Assembly (NCBI GenBank): GCA_002633005.1 | Contig: NMRA01001198.1 | Span: 1-37,098 of the forward strand | DNA from: Phoronis australis | Lineage: Eukaryota > Animalia > Phoronida | Direction: 5' to 3' | Length of the DNA stretch: 37,098 bases | Shown: positions 1 through 11,524 of the stretch, in pieces | Numbering within the stretch: the stretch's first letter is position 1 | Layout: each line of letters begins with the position of its first letter | The notes under the pieces: generated by a model | Database searches by the model: none | Seen by the model: the letters and a program-made list of their open reading frames with translations, nothing else | Told to the model about the DNA's origin: nothing | Translations under genes and position numbers: made by a program

Positions 1-554
1 AAACAACGAGTGATGATGACTTCCTAGAGGATCTGACCGCCGCTGCGCCCTCTTGTGGCATTTTTTGCATCTGTATTTTCCAAATTCCTTGAGACAATTT
101 TATGAAGTTTGGCATTTAGTTCTCTATTGAGTACAGAACACGCATCTATTTTCAGATGAATCATACAAATATACGCCATCTATCAGTCGTTTTGGTCATT
201 TTAAAATCTTTTTCTCTGTCTGCCTAACGTACATGAAAACATCTATAAGAAAATTGCTGACGTTTTATTATTGACCAGTTGGACTATTGTGTGCATTCCT
301 TGCTTTTTTGGATCTGTAGTCGTATCTCTCGAACCTTTGCAAGATATTTGTGAAATGTGGCAAGTGCATTCCTAAGTGATTGTTACAACAGATGAAAAAC
401 TTACTTCGGATATTTTGCGACTCCTAATTGTCATTTTTATGAAATTAATTAACGCTTCCAAAAGCACACTATGTGCAGTGCAGTCGTGGGAGCATTTCAA
501 CTCATTGTGATGCTCTAGTTCACTAAAGTTTAACGACTGTTTGTTTTCTTCAAG

Positions 555-699
555 GGACGTAAATGGGATGATGCGGCAGCAACTGACATTAAGTTTTGGT
601 GCAGAAAAATGGATTCGAACGACGCCGGTTACTATAAAAATACTGAGAATGGTAGCGTCGAAGGACATTTCACTGGACAACCTTCACATTGTTTCAAAG
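555..699 (+). CDS. VMO1: VMO1-like (vitelline membrane outer layer protein I, beta-prism I) gene, penultimate coding exon; upstream exons not in view
   Basis: Pyrimidine-rich acceptor ttgttttcttcaag| and donor |gtatgt. The 145 nt (phase 0 to 1) translate GRKWDDAAATDIKFWCRKMDSNDAGYYKNTENGSVEGHFTGQPSHCFK, matching the VOMI repeat motif G..DDTA.N.I.F.C. It splices in frame to 2476-2600. The symbol is family-level only. Confidence 0.8.
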
Positions 700-935
700 G
701 TATGTGTGCTACGCAGTGTATGCGAGTTTCACTGAATGCATATTTTCTATATGGTGTTCAGATCCTCCCCCTTCTTTGCNGACGGTTACTATAAAAATAC
801 TGAGAATGGTAGCGTCGAAGGACATTTCACTGGACAACCTTCACATTGTTTCAAAGGTACGTTGCTACGCAGTGTATGCGAGTTTCACTGAATGCATATT
901 TTCTATATGGTGTTCAGATCCTCCCCCTTCTTTGC
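620..935. repeat. Tandem near-identical duplication across N780 (probable unmerged contig overlap or haplotypes)
   Basis: About 620-779 is repeated at about 781-935, with a single N between the copies. It duplicates the 3' half of the VMO1-like exon and its donor. Confidence 0.8.
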
Positions 936-2475
936 TCTATCCAGTTGAAATTTACAGAAAGCGGGAAATGATTGAACATCTGTGTGTATGGGAACAAACA
1001 GCATCGTCACCGATTTCCCCTTCCCAAGTCACCGGTGTTTGAGTTATTGCCCAGATTACAACTTCCGCCCTTTGGTAAACACAAAATTTCACCCGCTCCA
1101 CTGAGCCCCGGTGATCCCTGCCCGTAGGTAAGGTTAGAGGTTAGAGGGCTTTGTGGCGACAAATCATACACTCTGGTTTTTTACATAAAGCTTTTGACGG
1201 CTGACCCGCTGAATATTCCCCAGATAAAATGTTCAAATTTTGGGGCGATTAATGGGAGTGCCGAGAGCACATCAACATTAAAAAGCAACAATCGTAACTA
1301 CTGATCCCATGAAAGATTTCTTGATCATGCTAGGCATGGGAATAGAAGTCAATTGGCGGGTTTGGCCGTGCATCGCCCGATATCTAACCTAAGCATAAAC
1401 GACATTCCACCAGTGGGAGTGATCGTGTGCCAATAAAGTTGCCGGGTAAGTAAGCTCCATTACTAAAGATGATTTATCAGGACCGTAGACCCCCAATAAT
1501 ACGGAGGTGTCACGCTGCAAAAAGGTGAGCGGTTGGCAAGTAGGCCTGCGAACTGCAGTCAAAGATTCTGCAGTCGAGAAAAGAAAGCGAAGGCGAAATA
1601 TGAGAGAGAAAATTTTTGTTATCGACCAATCCTGGATTGTCACTGTAAGACCCCTTGCCAGGACGTTTTTTTCGCGTATTATATAGATGGTACAGATTTT
1701 AAAATTCCGGAAGACAATTTTTAGGAAATGCAAAACCGCATTTCTTCAGGGACTACTCTCTGGAAAAAAGGAACCAGCTGTCGTGTTCTTGTTTCCTTTT
1801 TGAAAGCGCGGATCACGTGTCATAAACTGGGAACTCTGCGGAGAGAGGCTCTTATGATAACATTAATTGCTGCTCATTTCCTGTTTCTGAAATTAAATTT
1901 TCTTCCATAATTTAGGTCCCCAATCTTGGAAGTGATGGGATGAATGGTCACACTTTTCCCCTCTCTCTTTTTTACACACCTTCTTCTTTCATTAGGGCCG
2001 CTCACGGAGGGCTGAGTCCGAACCAAAGATAGAATCAATTGCCTCTCTTATGTTTTTGAGAAATTATAAAAGCTTGAGGTCATCCCTTAAAGGTTAGGCA
2101 CGTGTTCCCTCAATAATTTGCAAGCGCCAGGATGAAACCGTTGCGATCGACATACAGTAGGCGATGGTCGGGAGAACAGGCAGTCTAAAAAAATAAGACG
2201 GCGGTGTGCCTTGAGATTTTATGAGCTTAATTTGGTCTAAAATAACGATTCTTCAGTTCTTCCAAGCCCAGGGATGACTTCTAAACAGAGTAAGGCCCAT
2301 TTTACAGCGATAAGCGACGTAAATCAAAACTTGTGTTTTTTTGAAATTACGGATTTAAATGTCTCTTCAAAAATCAGTTCGCGACTACTTTGAAACGAGT
2401 TTCTGTCCAACCAATCTCCACGGACAAAAGAAAATCTTATTCACAAATAATTAATTCTGTTAATATGTGTTTTAG

Positions 2476-2600
2476 ATGCGGCCATATGCAGTATCCAAAC
2501 GCGCATTGAGGAACACCAAGGAAACGGAGACGACACGGGTCTTAACGATGTTACATTCAATTGTTGCAGTCTATCAAATGGCGGCTCACCAGTTGGTTAA
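2476..2600 (+). CDS. VMO1: VMO1-like gene, terminal coding exon
   Basis: Acceptor tgtgttttag|, phase 1. Translates (D)[40 protein letters not shown], closely matching the VMO1 C-terminal repeat (ICG.QTK.E..QG.GDDTALND..F.CC). TAA at 2598-2600. Confidence 0.9.
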
Positions 2601-2607
2601 CGTTATG

Positions 2608-3534
2608 CGCTAACTGCGAAGAGATAGTTTACAAGGCATGAGGATGAGATAAAAGTTCATATAAACACCCCAACATATTTTTTTAAATTTTTATTCACTC
2701 GTCCGTGTTTTCATTGTTGTTGGTTTAACTAAATCATATTGCATACTAATGAAGAGCCCAGTCATACTCCTTTTCAACGATACCACATTCTGTCAAAAAA
2801 TGTTCATTGTGTTTAGTAACTTTGCTGCCAAAGAGACCTTGGTAGCAACGTGAATGTTGTAAATTCAAGTTTGAACATTCAGCTTTTTCAATAGCAATTA
2901 CAGGACTGGTTCCATGATAACAAAAACTTATGACGATTTGGCAACACCTAAAAACACTTTATTTATTGAGCAACTGAGTTATAGACAGTAGTAATAGACT
3001 GACTGGTAGACAACACTGATATTCTTTTCAGTATCAGGTTGAAGAACCATTCGCAGTCACTACAGCGACATACCNCGCTAACTGCGAAGAGATAGTTTAC
3101 AACGCATGAGGATGAGATAAAAGTTCATATAAACACCCCAACATATTTTTTAAAATTTTTATTCACTCGTCCGTGTTTTCATTGTTGTTAGTTTAACTAA
3201 ATCATATTGCATACTAATGAAAAGCCTAGTCATACTCCTTTTCAACGATACCACATTCTGTCAAAAAATGTTCATTGTGTTTAGTAACTTTGCTGCCAAA
3301 AAGACCTTGGTAGCTAAGTGAATGTTGCAAATTCAAGTTTGAACATTCAGCTTCTTCAATAGCAATTACAGGGCTGTTTCCATGATAACAAAAACTTATG
3401 ACAATTTGGCAACATCTAAAAACACTTTATTTATTGAGCAACTGAGTTATAGACAGTAGTGATAGACTTGACTGATAGACAAAACTGATATTATCAGGTT
3501 GAAGAACCATTCGCAGTCACTACAGCGACATACC
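2608..3534. repeat. Tandem near-identical duplication across N3075 (probable unmerged haplotype overlap)
   Basis: 2608-3074 and 3076-3534 both start cgctaactgcgaagag and end cagcgacatacc. They differ by scattered SNPs and small indels. Confidence 0.85.
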
Positions 3535-4780
3535 TTCACATGCTGTTTACTAGACTGGCGACGCGTTGCTGTTTGATGGGGTTCCACTCTTGCGTCAGTA
3601 ATCAGCCCCAATGGTTGTGTTGGTTACTCGCGCGTCCGATTTGGTAAACATTTTTCATAATAAACATTCGAAAAAATTTGGCCCCACAGGTGTTCGATAG
3701 GGTTCAAGTCTGGGCTGGATGCGGGTCATTCCATTTGAAGAAAGCTGCAAACTGGACACTCTAAACACAATTTGCACAATTGTGATTCATACCGAGCCTG
3801 CTAGCAGCTGGAGGTCCATGCTATCACTAAGAGTCTCATAAACTTGGTCTTTATCCCCAATCGGTGTGCTGGTTTCCAGTTCAATTTTCCATTTTGAAAT
3901 TGAAAAATGAAACATGGAATATTGACTCAAAATTCAATGTCCTATTTTCAGTCTGAAATTGCAAAAATGAAATTTTGATTCCGTATTTCGTATTTTTATT
4001 TTTCAATTTGAAATTGAAAAATGAAACATTGACCTGTCAATATTCCATGTTTCAATATGAGTCGTCTTACCGCCGACGCTTTACAACCAATCACAGCGTT
4101 GCTTTACTGAACACTATCCTGATTGGTTGAAATGTTTTATTTTCTTGTATCATCTTCTGGATAAATGATAAACAATCGTCAAGCGTAGACAGTGTCAAAT
4201 TCAGAGTGTTGTTTTCACGAAACATCAAGGTTTGGTTTACTGGTTACGTAATTGATTGACGCGTGGGCGGATCTTAAATTATGTTATACGCATTTTGATT
4301 AGCTGCCTGTCAACTAATTGCAGCGGTTTTGGAATTGGAAAAACGCGTCGTAGAATATTGAACGCCGATTCCCAATTTCATGATTCAATTAAGAATGGAA
4401 ATTTGAAACGTCAAATATTGACCATTATTTCGTGGTTTATTTGAGAATGGAAATATGAATCATGAAATATTGACTATTATTTCAGATTTCATTTTTCAAT
4501 TTCAAATTGAAAATTGAACTAGAAACCAGCACACGGACCATCCCCCTCCCCCGAGTTAATCACCAGCACATCGCAGGTGGTGACACAGCTTGGCAAAAAC
4601 AGGGAAAGTTGCGACATTCACTTTGAGACCAAGCCCTCTTTGGCAGCATGTAAAAAATCATTGTCATAATGTGGTATTGTTGGTAATCTTTCCATTGGTA
4701 TGCCACATAATTTAAACAAACCTAAAGTAATGAAAACAGGGACGAGTGAACATAAATTTCCAAACTTCTGCTGAGGTGTT
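3132..4780 (-). mobile_element. Degenerate Tc1/mariner DNA transposon with long (~200 bp) diverged TIRs and TA target duplication
   Basis: The minus strand at about 3676-3740 encodes ME*PASSPDLNPIEHLWG, the Tc1 W-P-x-x-SPDLNPIE-x-LW motif. About 3132-3335 is an inverted, diverged copy of about 4605-4780. Termini are TA|AACACC...GGTGTT|TA, and a paralogous empty site lies at about 5230-5262. Confidence 0.8.
3861..4537. mobile_element. MITE / foldback-like non-autonomous DNA element nested in the Tc1 relic
   Basis: About 50-bp TIRs: tcggtgtgctggtttccagttcaattttccattttgaaattgaaaaatgaaa versus tttcatttttcaatttcaaattgaaaattgaactagaaaccagcacacgga. Internal subterminal repeats (tttcaatttgaaattgaaaaatgaaacat). 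No coding motif. Confidence 0.8.
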
Positions 4781-5177
4781 TATATTATGACAAACTAAAA
4801 TAATACAGATATCAATTAATACAAAATTTAATAATATGTCGAGCTGTAAAGGTGGATGGCAATCTGCACCAAACTACTACAGGTATTGATAAATTCAAAA
4901 GTTTTAGATGTTGAGACATTGACATGAGAAAATTCAAAATAAATAGCTTTAAAAGGGATGGGAGGGAGGGTTATAGAAAAATTGAATTAAAATTTCTGAG
5001 CTGACCACAAAATATATACGATGGCACAGTGTTGAAACAATACACAAAAATCACGTGATACCAGTAAGGCAATAGGGGAATCCAAAGAGGGCCACCTGCC
5101 GGCGAATCAAAACGTGATAATGAGAAAGAAGCAGCATAGCTTATATAAAAAATGAATACTTTACAATCATATTTTCA

Positions 5178-5345
5178 TGCGCTAACTGCGAAGCGATGCC
5201 GAAGCTACTATACAAAGAAGCGATGCACGAGGATGAGATAAAAGGACACATATATTATGACAAAATAAACTACTACAGGTATTGATAAATACAAAAGTTA
5301 TGTAATATGTTGAGCTGTAAATATGGGTGGCAATGTGCCACAGAC
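5178..5345 (+). repeat. Diverged local copy of the sequence 3' of the VMO1-like stop codon (Tc1 empty site)
   Basis: gcgctaactgcgaag...gaggatgagataaaag...TA tattatgacaaa...aaactactacaggtattgataaat matches the sequences flanking the Tc1 on both sides (2607-2663 or 3076-3131, and 4781-4900). Confidence 0.65.
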
Positions 5346-6859
5346 GCAACAGAAGGATGCATCCGGCCACTCATTGAAGAGCGAGCTAAACAGAGAGTAA
5401 AGTATATTGTTTTGGGTAAAATGGAGTAAAAGGAACTACGAATATAAGAAAGAGGCTATCATGGAATTGGAAAGCTGGATAACATGGCAATCTAAAGATA
5501 TATACAACACACAACAGGGAATCGATGTGAGAGTACACAGCTAACACGGAGCGGTGATAACCAAAGAATATACANATCATCCTCGGGCTAACGCCCCTCG
5601 GGCGATAATTCTCCAAAATCCACTCGGGCTCTAGATAACGGGGGATAACGATTTCGCCATGTAATAATCTATATTTATCCTATACGTGTGATAGTATGTC
5701 CATGAAATACGGGTCGTATTGTGAGATTTGATATGGAAGAACTACTTTTCCGTATTCAACGCGCGTTGAATACGGATGCCTGCTTTCTCGCCAAAATTCC
5801 CTGCTGAGCACACAATACACTACAATTAGTAGAAACATAGTTGTATATATAGCATCAATTAGGGTTCAGCTCCGTGCGCAATATTTTCAAATTCCGATAC
5901 TAAGATATGCGTTCTCAAAACTAAACAAAAAGTGAAATAAAATATTATTGACAATTTTTCTAAATATACAATGAAATTTTGCACCTGAGCAGGACACTTA
6001 AATTACAAAAAAGTCTCGAACTTGCCACAATATATTTGGGATTAAGAAAGCAATAAACATTACCAATGCATGCCTCCTTTTGGTCACCTATCGCACTATA
6101 CCAGTTAAGGTTCTTTACGGTCAAATATGAGTCAATTTTTAAATTCGTTCTCAAAACAATCAAAATACGTCGAGCCGAAAAAAGTGCAACTGCTGTAAAC
6201 ATTGTATTTTTGTCAATTTTATGATAATTTTCGGAATACTTTCTATCTAAAAATGATAAGAACCGCGCGTAAGGAGCATTTTTAAGAAGTGTCTGAACGT
6301 GCATCAGCCACAACGTCCGGGTGTCCTGCACAGATATTACTCAGCAAAGTCAAGAAAAATCGTCAGAAATGTAAGCAGACTTTAACTTAGAAATAGATTT
6401 AGCCCAAACTCTGACGAAAATACTGAAAATAGCAGATATGCACACTAAGCCTGTAGCTGTTGTAAAATATCACTTGAACTGCCGTATTGAAAAAAGATGA
6501 TAAACCACAACAAAACAAGCGGAGCAATCTGTGTAAACCCGCTTCTTTAAAGTATCCTCAGTGTGGCTCATAGGATAAATAGGTTATACAACGTACGTGT
6601 TTGTACCAGTGTGTTATCATATCTCGATTCGTGATATGCAAAAGTATTTGAACTCGGGCTTCGTACGTTGTAAAACCTATATGTATGCCATACGTACAGA
6701 AATACATATGGGTATATTCCTAAATACATACATACAAGGGAACATAGAACTGTGGCAATGGAAACATCTAGAGTCCTTGTTAAAAAAGCTAACATGGAGA
6801 GAATAACAATAGATAGACTAGGGAGTTAACCAACATCAAGTATTATAAGGAATGGGAAT

Positions 6860-7165
6860 AATTGCTCGGTAGTGAAAACTCTGAAAAGTTTAGAGGTAGA
6901 GTGGTGATGAAAAGAGGGCTGGGCACTAGCCATACAGTTGCTCCTATGACTAAAATCGGGATGAGTGAATCAGGACACTGGCAATACATTTGCCCTAGAG
7001 TGGAATATGTTTGTGAGTGACACTGGACACTGGCAATACAGGTGCCGTACAGGTAATACAGTCACCCCTATGATGATAAGTGTCGGTGAATGGAACTGGG
7101 CACGGACAATATTGTTGCTCGGTTAGTGAAAAACGTGTGATGAAGTTGAGCACTGGTAAACACTG
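6860..7165. repeat. Degenerate tandem / minisatellite-like tract
   Basis: Recurrent cactggcaataca, ggcac and ttgctcgg(t)tagtgaaaa motifs at roughly 40-50 nt spacing. Confidence 0.35.
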
Positions 7166-9657
7166 AAAGTTACCTGTAACTTTACACAAAAACTAAAAAG
7201 CACTAAGGATAGCTCAGAACTGACTCGTAAACAAAAACTGACTCGATAGCTTTCATAGTCAGACTGAAAAGAAATTGGCGAGAAATTCTTGCCTCCCAAA
7301 ACGTCACTTCCGGAGTAAAGAACGAATAACTAATTGAATTACGAAAAGCTGTAATAAAGTGCAAAATATGTCTGGGATAACCAACGAACCTCATTTTTGC
7401 TAACAATTACATGAAAAACGGTTGCCTTCGCCTTTAAATACTTCAATCAGACTGTTCACGCGGCGGATCACATCCTATATGTATGTACTTGCGGGTTAGG
7501 TTACAAGTTTTCTCTAATAAAAGAAACAGCTTTAAATATAAAGATTTATTACTTCAAAAGAGACAACAAAGATGAAAGCAACGGTAAAGCATTGAAATTG
7601 TAACAATTCCTGAAAATAATTAAATAGTTGATATTGAAGTTACCGAGGAATCGGGCCCTGAGTTGCAAACGATAAGATATTTAGCAAATAAAAAAGAGGC
7701 ATAATTAACAGTTTTGTACCAGATGTTACGTTTGGGACCTCATTGTTGAGTGTTAATTATACAATTGCAATTTTAATACTTCAAGCTATTGTGGGAAAGT
7801 TTGATGATCGAACCGGCTAACGACGTCGAGTCCACATTGACCCACTTCGTCATATCAGAGGGCACTGTTGTAGTAGTCACAGGAATGCAATAAGGAAAAC
7901 AATATCACATGGCCCTATTGCTCTCGACTTATTCAACACGTATGGGATAAATTACAAGATAAACTGCATTTTGGTTTGCATGAACATAACTCACTGCCGA
8001 ACTACGAAAATACAACACCGAAAATGATAACAAAAAATAAAAAAACAATTGTGACCAAAATCATCTTGCAGCACTCCAATAATGAAGCAGTTCACCTTCA
8101 TGCTAACTTGTATGTAAAACTGGTCTACTGTTGGAACTAGACATATAGCTTTTATTAACACATAGCTACCGCAATGAATACATCATACCCTATTACAGTT
8201 CCTTCAGTCAATTCGCCCAGTATCACTTCATACGTGAAACAACCATTTTAAGTCATGTGCAACTATCGCGTAATGTCTAAGACCACAGTAGAGGCTTTTG
8301 TAGCTTCCCCAAAACTGAAGAAAATGAGGTGGGTGACGTTAGGCGGCAGTTTTGTGGATTAAATGGGAAATAATTGCCACGAATGGTATTCAGTAGTTTT
8401 TTAAGTTTTATTGAAAACCAAAGTGGATAACACCACTATATGAAAATTATGACAAATGTGGAGAGTGCACATTATTTATCACAAAGGAACAAAAGTACAT
8501 ATGAAACCATACACCGGAATTGTCATAATTGCAACCATTTGACAGTCCAGTCGATATATCTTTTGAAAAATATTGGTTTTAACTGTCCTTGCTTTTCCAT
8601 CCACTTACATGGAAAAGTCACGTGAATAGGTTTCTTTACTCCACCAAAATTAAATAGTCATAATGGTAAAAGAAGCCAAGGAGTCGTGTATTTTTGACAC
8701 TGACATGTTTATTTGGTCAAAACTGAGCGCTGCAACAGAACGTTAAGGAAGGATATGCAAAAATCATGAAATTGCGCGGTTCGAGCTTTCTAACATGAGG
8801 GCCACGACTAAAATATCCAGGCACATAACCAAGAATTCCTACGCTTTTAGAGAGCTTTCTCGCGCTCATATTAGGTCATCACTGTAACATCACGTGGTCC
8901 GCACTATACTTTGAAAGTTCCGTAACTGGGATTTTTTCGCACAAATTACTTGTTTTCGTATCACACCTGTCCCTGTACAGTAATTGTATGAGGTATTCTT
9001 AAGGAAATTGAGCACCATGTACCAATTTCCTATAACGCCTCGGATTCATAAAAGTCTCGCAAGGTCTCACCTACATTGTATCATTCATTTTTCACGTTTT
9101 TGGTCAAGGCGATGTGTCATATGCAAAAGAGTACAGACGAAAAGTTTTCTTGTGGGCAGGAATGGGAAGGTTGGGTTATAACCGCTTTTAATGGTAGCCA
9201 TCCTGTTTTGGATGTACCGCGCAAACTATTTGCCACACACATGACTTATAAGGTTACATGCTTAGAGAGATGACAACATTTAGTAAAATACACAGTCCTC
9301 ATAAAGGTCACAATGTAGACTTAGTGGTTTGAGGCGGGCTGTCGTTCACGCACGAATAGTGACGCTTGTCAATTACAGCTGAACTTTTGCATGTACTATG
9401 GGTTTCAAACGTATTTCAATCTTCTGAACACTGTAAGGGTAATGAAAAAAAATTGTCTCTATTCCCAGAAACATTCCTCGAACATCACAGTCATAAGACG
9501 TAGAACTTTAGTCTTAAAACAATGTTACTAAGTTAAAACAGGGTTTTCTATCGCTCTAAAAGTTTTACATATTTTTCTGCAATGTATGTGCGGCAGCTTC
9601 ACATTCAACACATAACTGTCCATCAAATAACTCCAGAATGTGTAATACGCTCGTTTG

Positions 9658-9692
9658 ACCAATGAGCTATACCAGGAGTATAGCTCATTGGT
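9658..9692 (-). other. Perfect 15-bp stem, 5-nt loop hairpin in the 3' UTR of CTHRC1-like gene 1
   Basis: accaatgagctatac-cagga-gtatagctcattggt. It starts 8 nt after the TAG at 9703-9701 on the minus strand. Confidence 0.7.
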
Positions 9693-9700
9693 TTGACATT

Positions 9701-9840
9701 CTATTCTGTTAAAAACACTTCCTCGGCCACCAGACGGCAGGGAGACTCGTAGCACGTGACGGCGTCGTTGTACTCACTGCAGGATTCAACATAGAGACGT
9801 ATGTTGTATGTCCCAGCATCCAACTTGCAAAGCCCTTCCA
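9701..9840 (-). CDS. CTHRC1: CTHRC1-like gene 1, terminal exon
   Basis: Acceptor gattttcag|, phase 1. Translates (V)EGLCKLDAGTYNIRLYVESCSEYNDAVTCYESPCRLVAEEVFLTE*, aligning with the CTHRC1 C-terminus VEGLCEGIGAG.VDVAIWVGTC...DASTGWNSVSRIIIEEL. The symbol is family-level only. Confidence 0.85.
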
Positions 9841-10240
9841 CTGAAAATCGAACAGGTTTAAATAGGTTGTCATTTGTTGTGAATTGCTTAAACTAACACG
9901 TGACATTTTTGTGCTTTTTGGTGCTTTCAAACACAATGAAAATCATTTTACACCAAGATGAACACTTCTTCTCACCTGGGTGGAATACACTTTTTTCCAA
10001 NTCACTGCAGGATTCAACATAGAGACGTATGTTGTATGTCCCAGCATCTAACTTGCAAAGCCCTTCCACTGAAAATCAAACAGGTTTAAATAGGTAGTCA
10101 TTTGTTGTGAATGGCTTAAACTAAGGTGATCTGCAACTGACATTTTTTATGTTTTTTGGTACTTTCAAACACAATGAAAAGTACTTTACACCAAGATGAA
10201 AATTTCTTTTCACCAGGGTGAAATGCACTTTCCTTCAAGG
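9774..10240. repeat. Duplication across N10001 (probable haplotype overlap) including the 5' half of the terminal exon
   Basis: About 9774-10000 is repeated at about 10002-10235. Within the coding part I see only one difference, and it is silent (TTG/TTA). Confidence 0.75.
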
Positions 10241-10398
10241 TGAAAAATGACTATATATCCAGTTGGAAAGTAATGTCTACCTCTGCAAAAAGTGTGTTCA
10301 GTTTTTTCCATGGGGTGAAAAGAAATTTTGACCAGTAAAGTACTTTTCGCCCTTATGGAAAGTACCAAAAATTAAAAAGTGTCAAAAAACAGACCACC
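10125..10398. mobile_element. Short MITE-like element (~270 bp) in the last intron of CTHRC1-like gene 1
   Basis: Imperfect TIRs ggtgatctgcaactgacattttttatgttttttggtactttc versus gaaagtaccaaaaattaaaaagtgtcaaaaaacagaccacc, plus an inner inverted pair aaaagtactttac / gtaaagtactttt. Confidence 0.6.
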
Positions 10399-10708
10399 AT
10401 ACAAAAATCGAGAGGTGAACAAAATAAGTTGCTGTCGCCTCAGTTCAACATGTGGTTCGGTTTTGGACATGTAGGAACTGGGATTGAGCATGTCCTTACT
10501 TCGTGTTTTCAGTGACATCATCATCTCTTAATAAACTCTAGCAAACAAAATTTCAATGTCATAGGGACAGGCTTTTGAAAAATTTGGAAAACAATTTACC
10601 CAAAATAAGTCGTATTTAATCGTAATATTCTTGGATCACCTTGTACATAGACACTACAAAAAGACAAAGTAATCAACCAAAAGAATGATGTAAATGGTAA
10701 ATACCCAC

Positions 10709-10928
10709 CAACGGAGGGATGATGATGGTTGTAAACGACAGCATCATAGGAACGGACAGAAATAATTCCAGCTATTGTACCAGGTTTGGAGCATTCGTTA
10801 CCATTGAATTTGAAGAACCATCTTGCACAGGCTCTGACACGCAAATTTCCGTTTGTGCGTTGTCTCATGTCACCTTGGTAATAAACGCGTATGTAACTGA
10901 GCGAAGACTTTTTTACATAGTTAACGTC
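10709..10928 (-). CDS. CTHRC1: CTHRC1-like gene 1, middle exon, version A
   Basis: Acceptor tgtatatttcag| and donor |gtgggt. The 220 nt (phase 0 to 1) translate DVNYVKKSSLSYIRVYYQGDMRQRTNGNLRVRACARWFFKFNGNECSKPGTIAGIISVRSYDAVVYNHHHPSV, matching CTHRC1 FTKMRSNSALRVLFSG...CQRWYFTFNGAECSGP.PIEAII...NIHRTSS. Confidence 0.85.
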
Positions 10929-11241
10929 CTGAAATATACAAACAGAAGTTGACAGCTCACAATCATGTAGCGCGTGTATCACTCAAGGACAATTCTCAGA
11001 AGGGGCACGGTCCACCCATTAGCAGTTGTCCATATGACCACCAATGGTCAATGACTGTAGGGTTGCTGTTCAGCATGCCTTTGGCATCACCAAATTACAA
11101 AGGTTGGGCCTCTATAATCTGAAGGCTCCTTTAGCCAAAGTTTCGATAGTACGAAAATCATTACGTAGATCTAAGGTTGTATAGAACCGAAAATAGAACC
11201 ATCCGATTATAGATACATCGAGTGTTGTCGTACTATCGAAG

Positions 11242-11300
11242 CTTCGGACTACAGAGCCTTCGGACTATAATCTTCGGACTATAGAAACTTTGGACTTTAG
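11242..11300. repeat. Short tandem repeat (cttcggactaNag core, 14-16 nt unit, about 4 copies); about 3 copies again at 12045-12090
   Basis: cttcggactacagagc cttcggactataat cttcggactatagaaa ctttggactttag. Confidence 0.6.
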
Positions 11301-11524
11301 ACATTAACCTCTTACAACTGTAAGACAAGTTGACCCATTCATTGCATTGCAGTGTATGTACATGATGACTACGAACANGGGACAGGCTTTTGGAAAATTT
11401 GGAAAACAATTTACCCAAAATAAGTCGGTATTTAATCGTAATATTCTTGAATCAACCTGTACATAGACACCATAAAAAGACATAGTAATTAACCAAAAGA
11501 ATGATGTAAAGGGTAAATACCCAC

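Noticed and set aside
1389-1530. Minus-strand peptide YGPDKSSLVMELTY resembles the glyoxalase motif (GPE..HFV.ELTY)
   Set aside because: The similarity is limited to a few residues, flanking glyoxalase motifs and splice sites are lacking, and it lies antisense in the VMO1-like intron. Likely chance.
11242-11300. Short regularly spaced repeats that could suggest a CRISPR-like array
   Set aside because: Units are 14-16 nt with no unique spacers, the context is a eukaryotic intron, and there are no cas genes.
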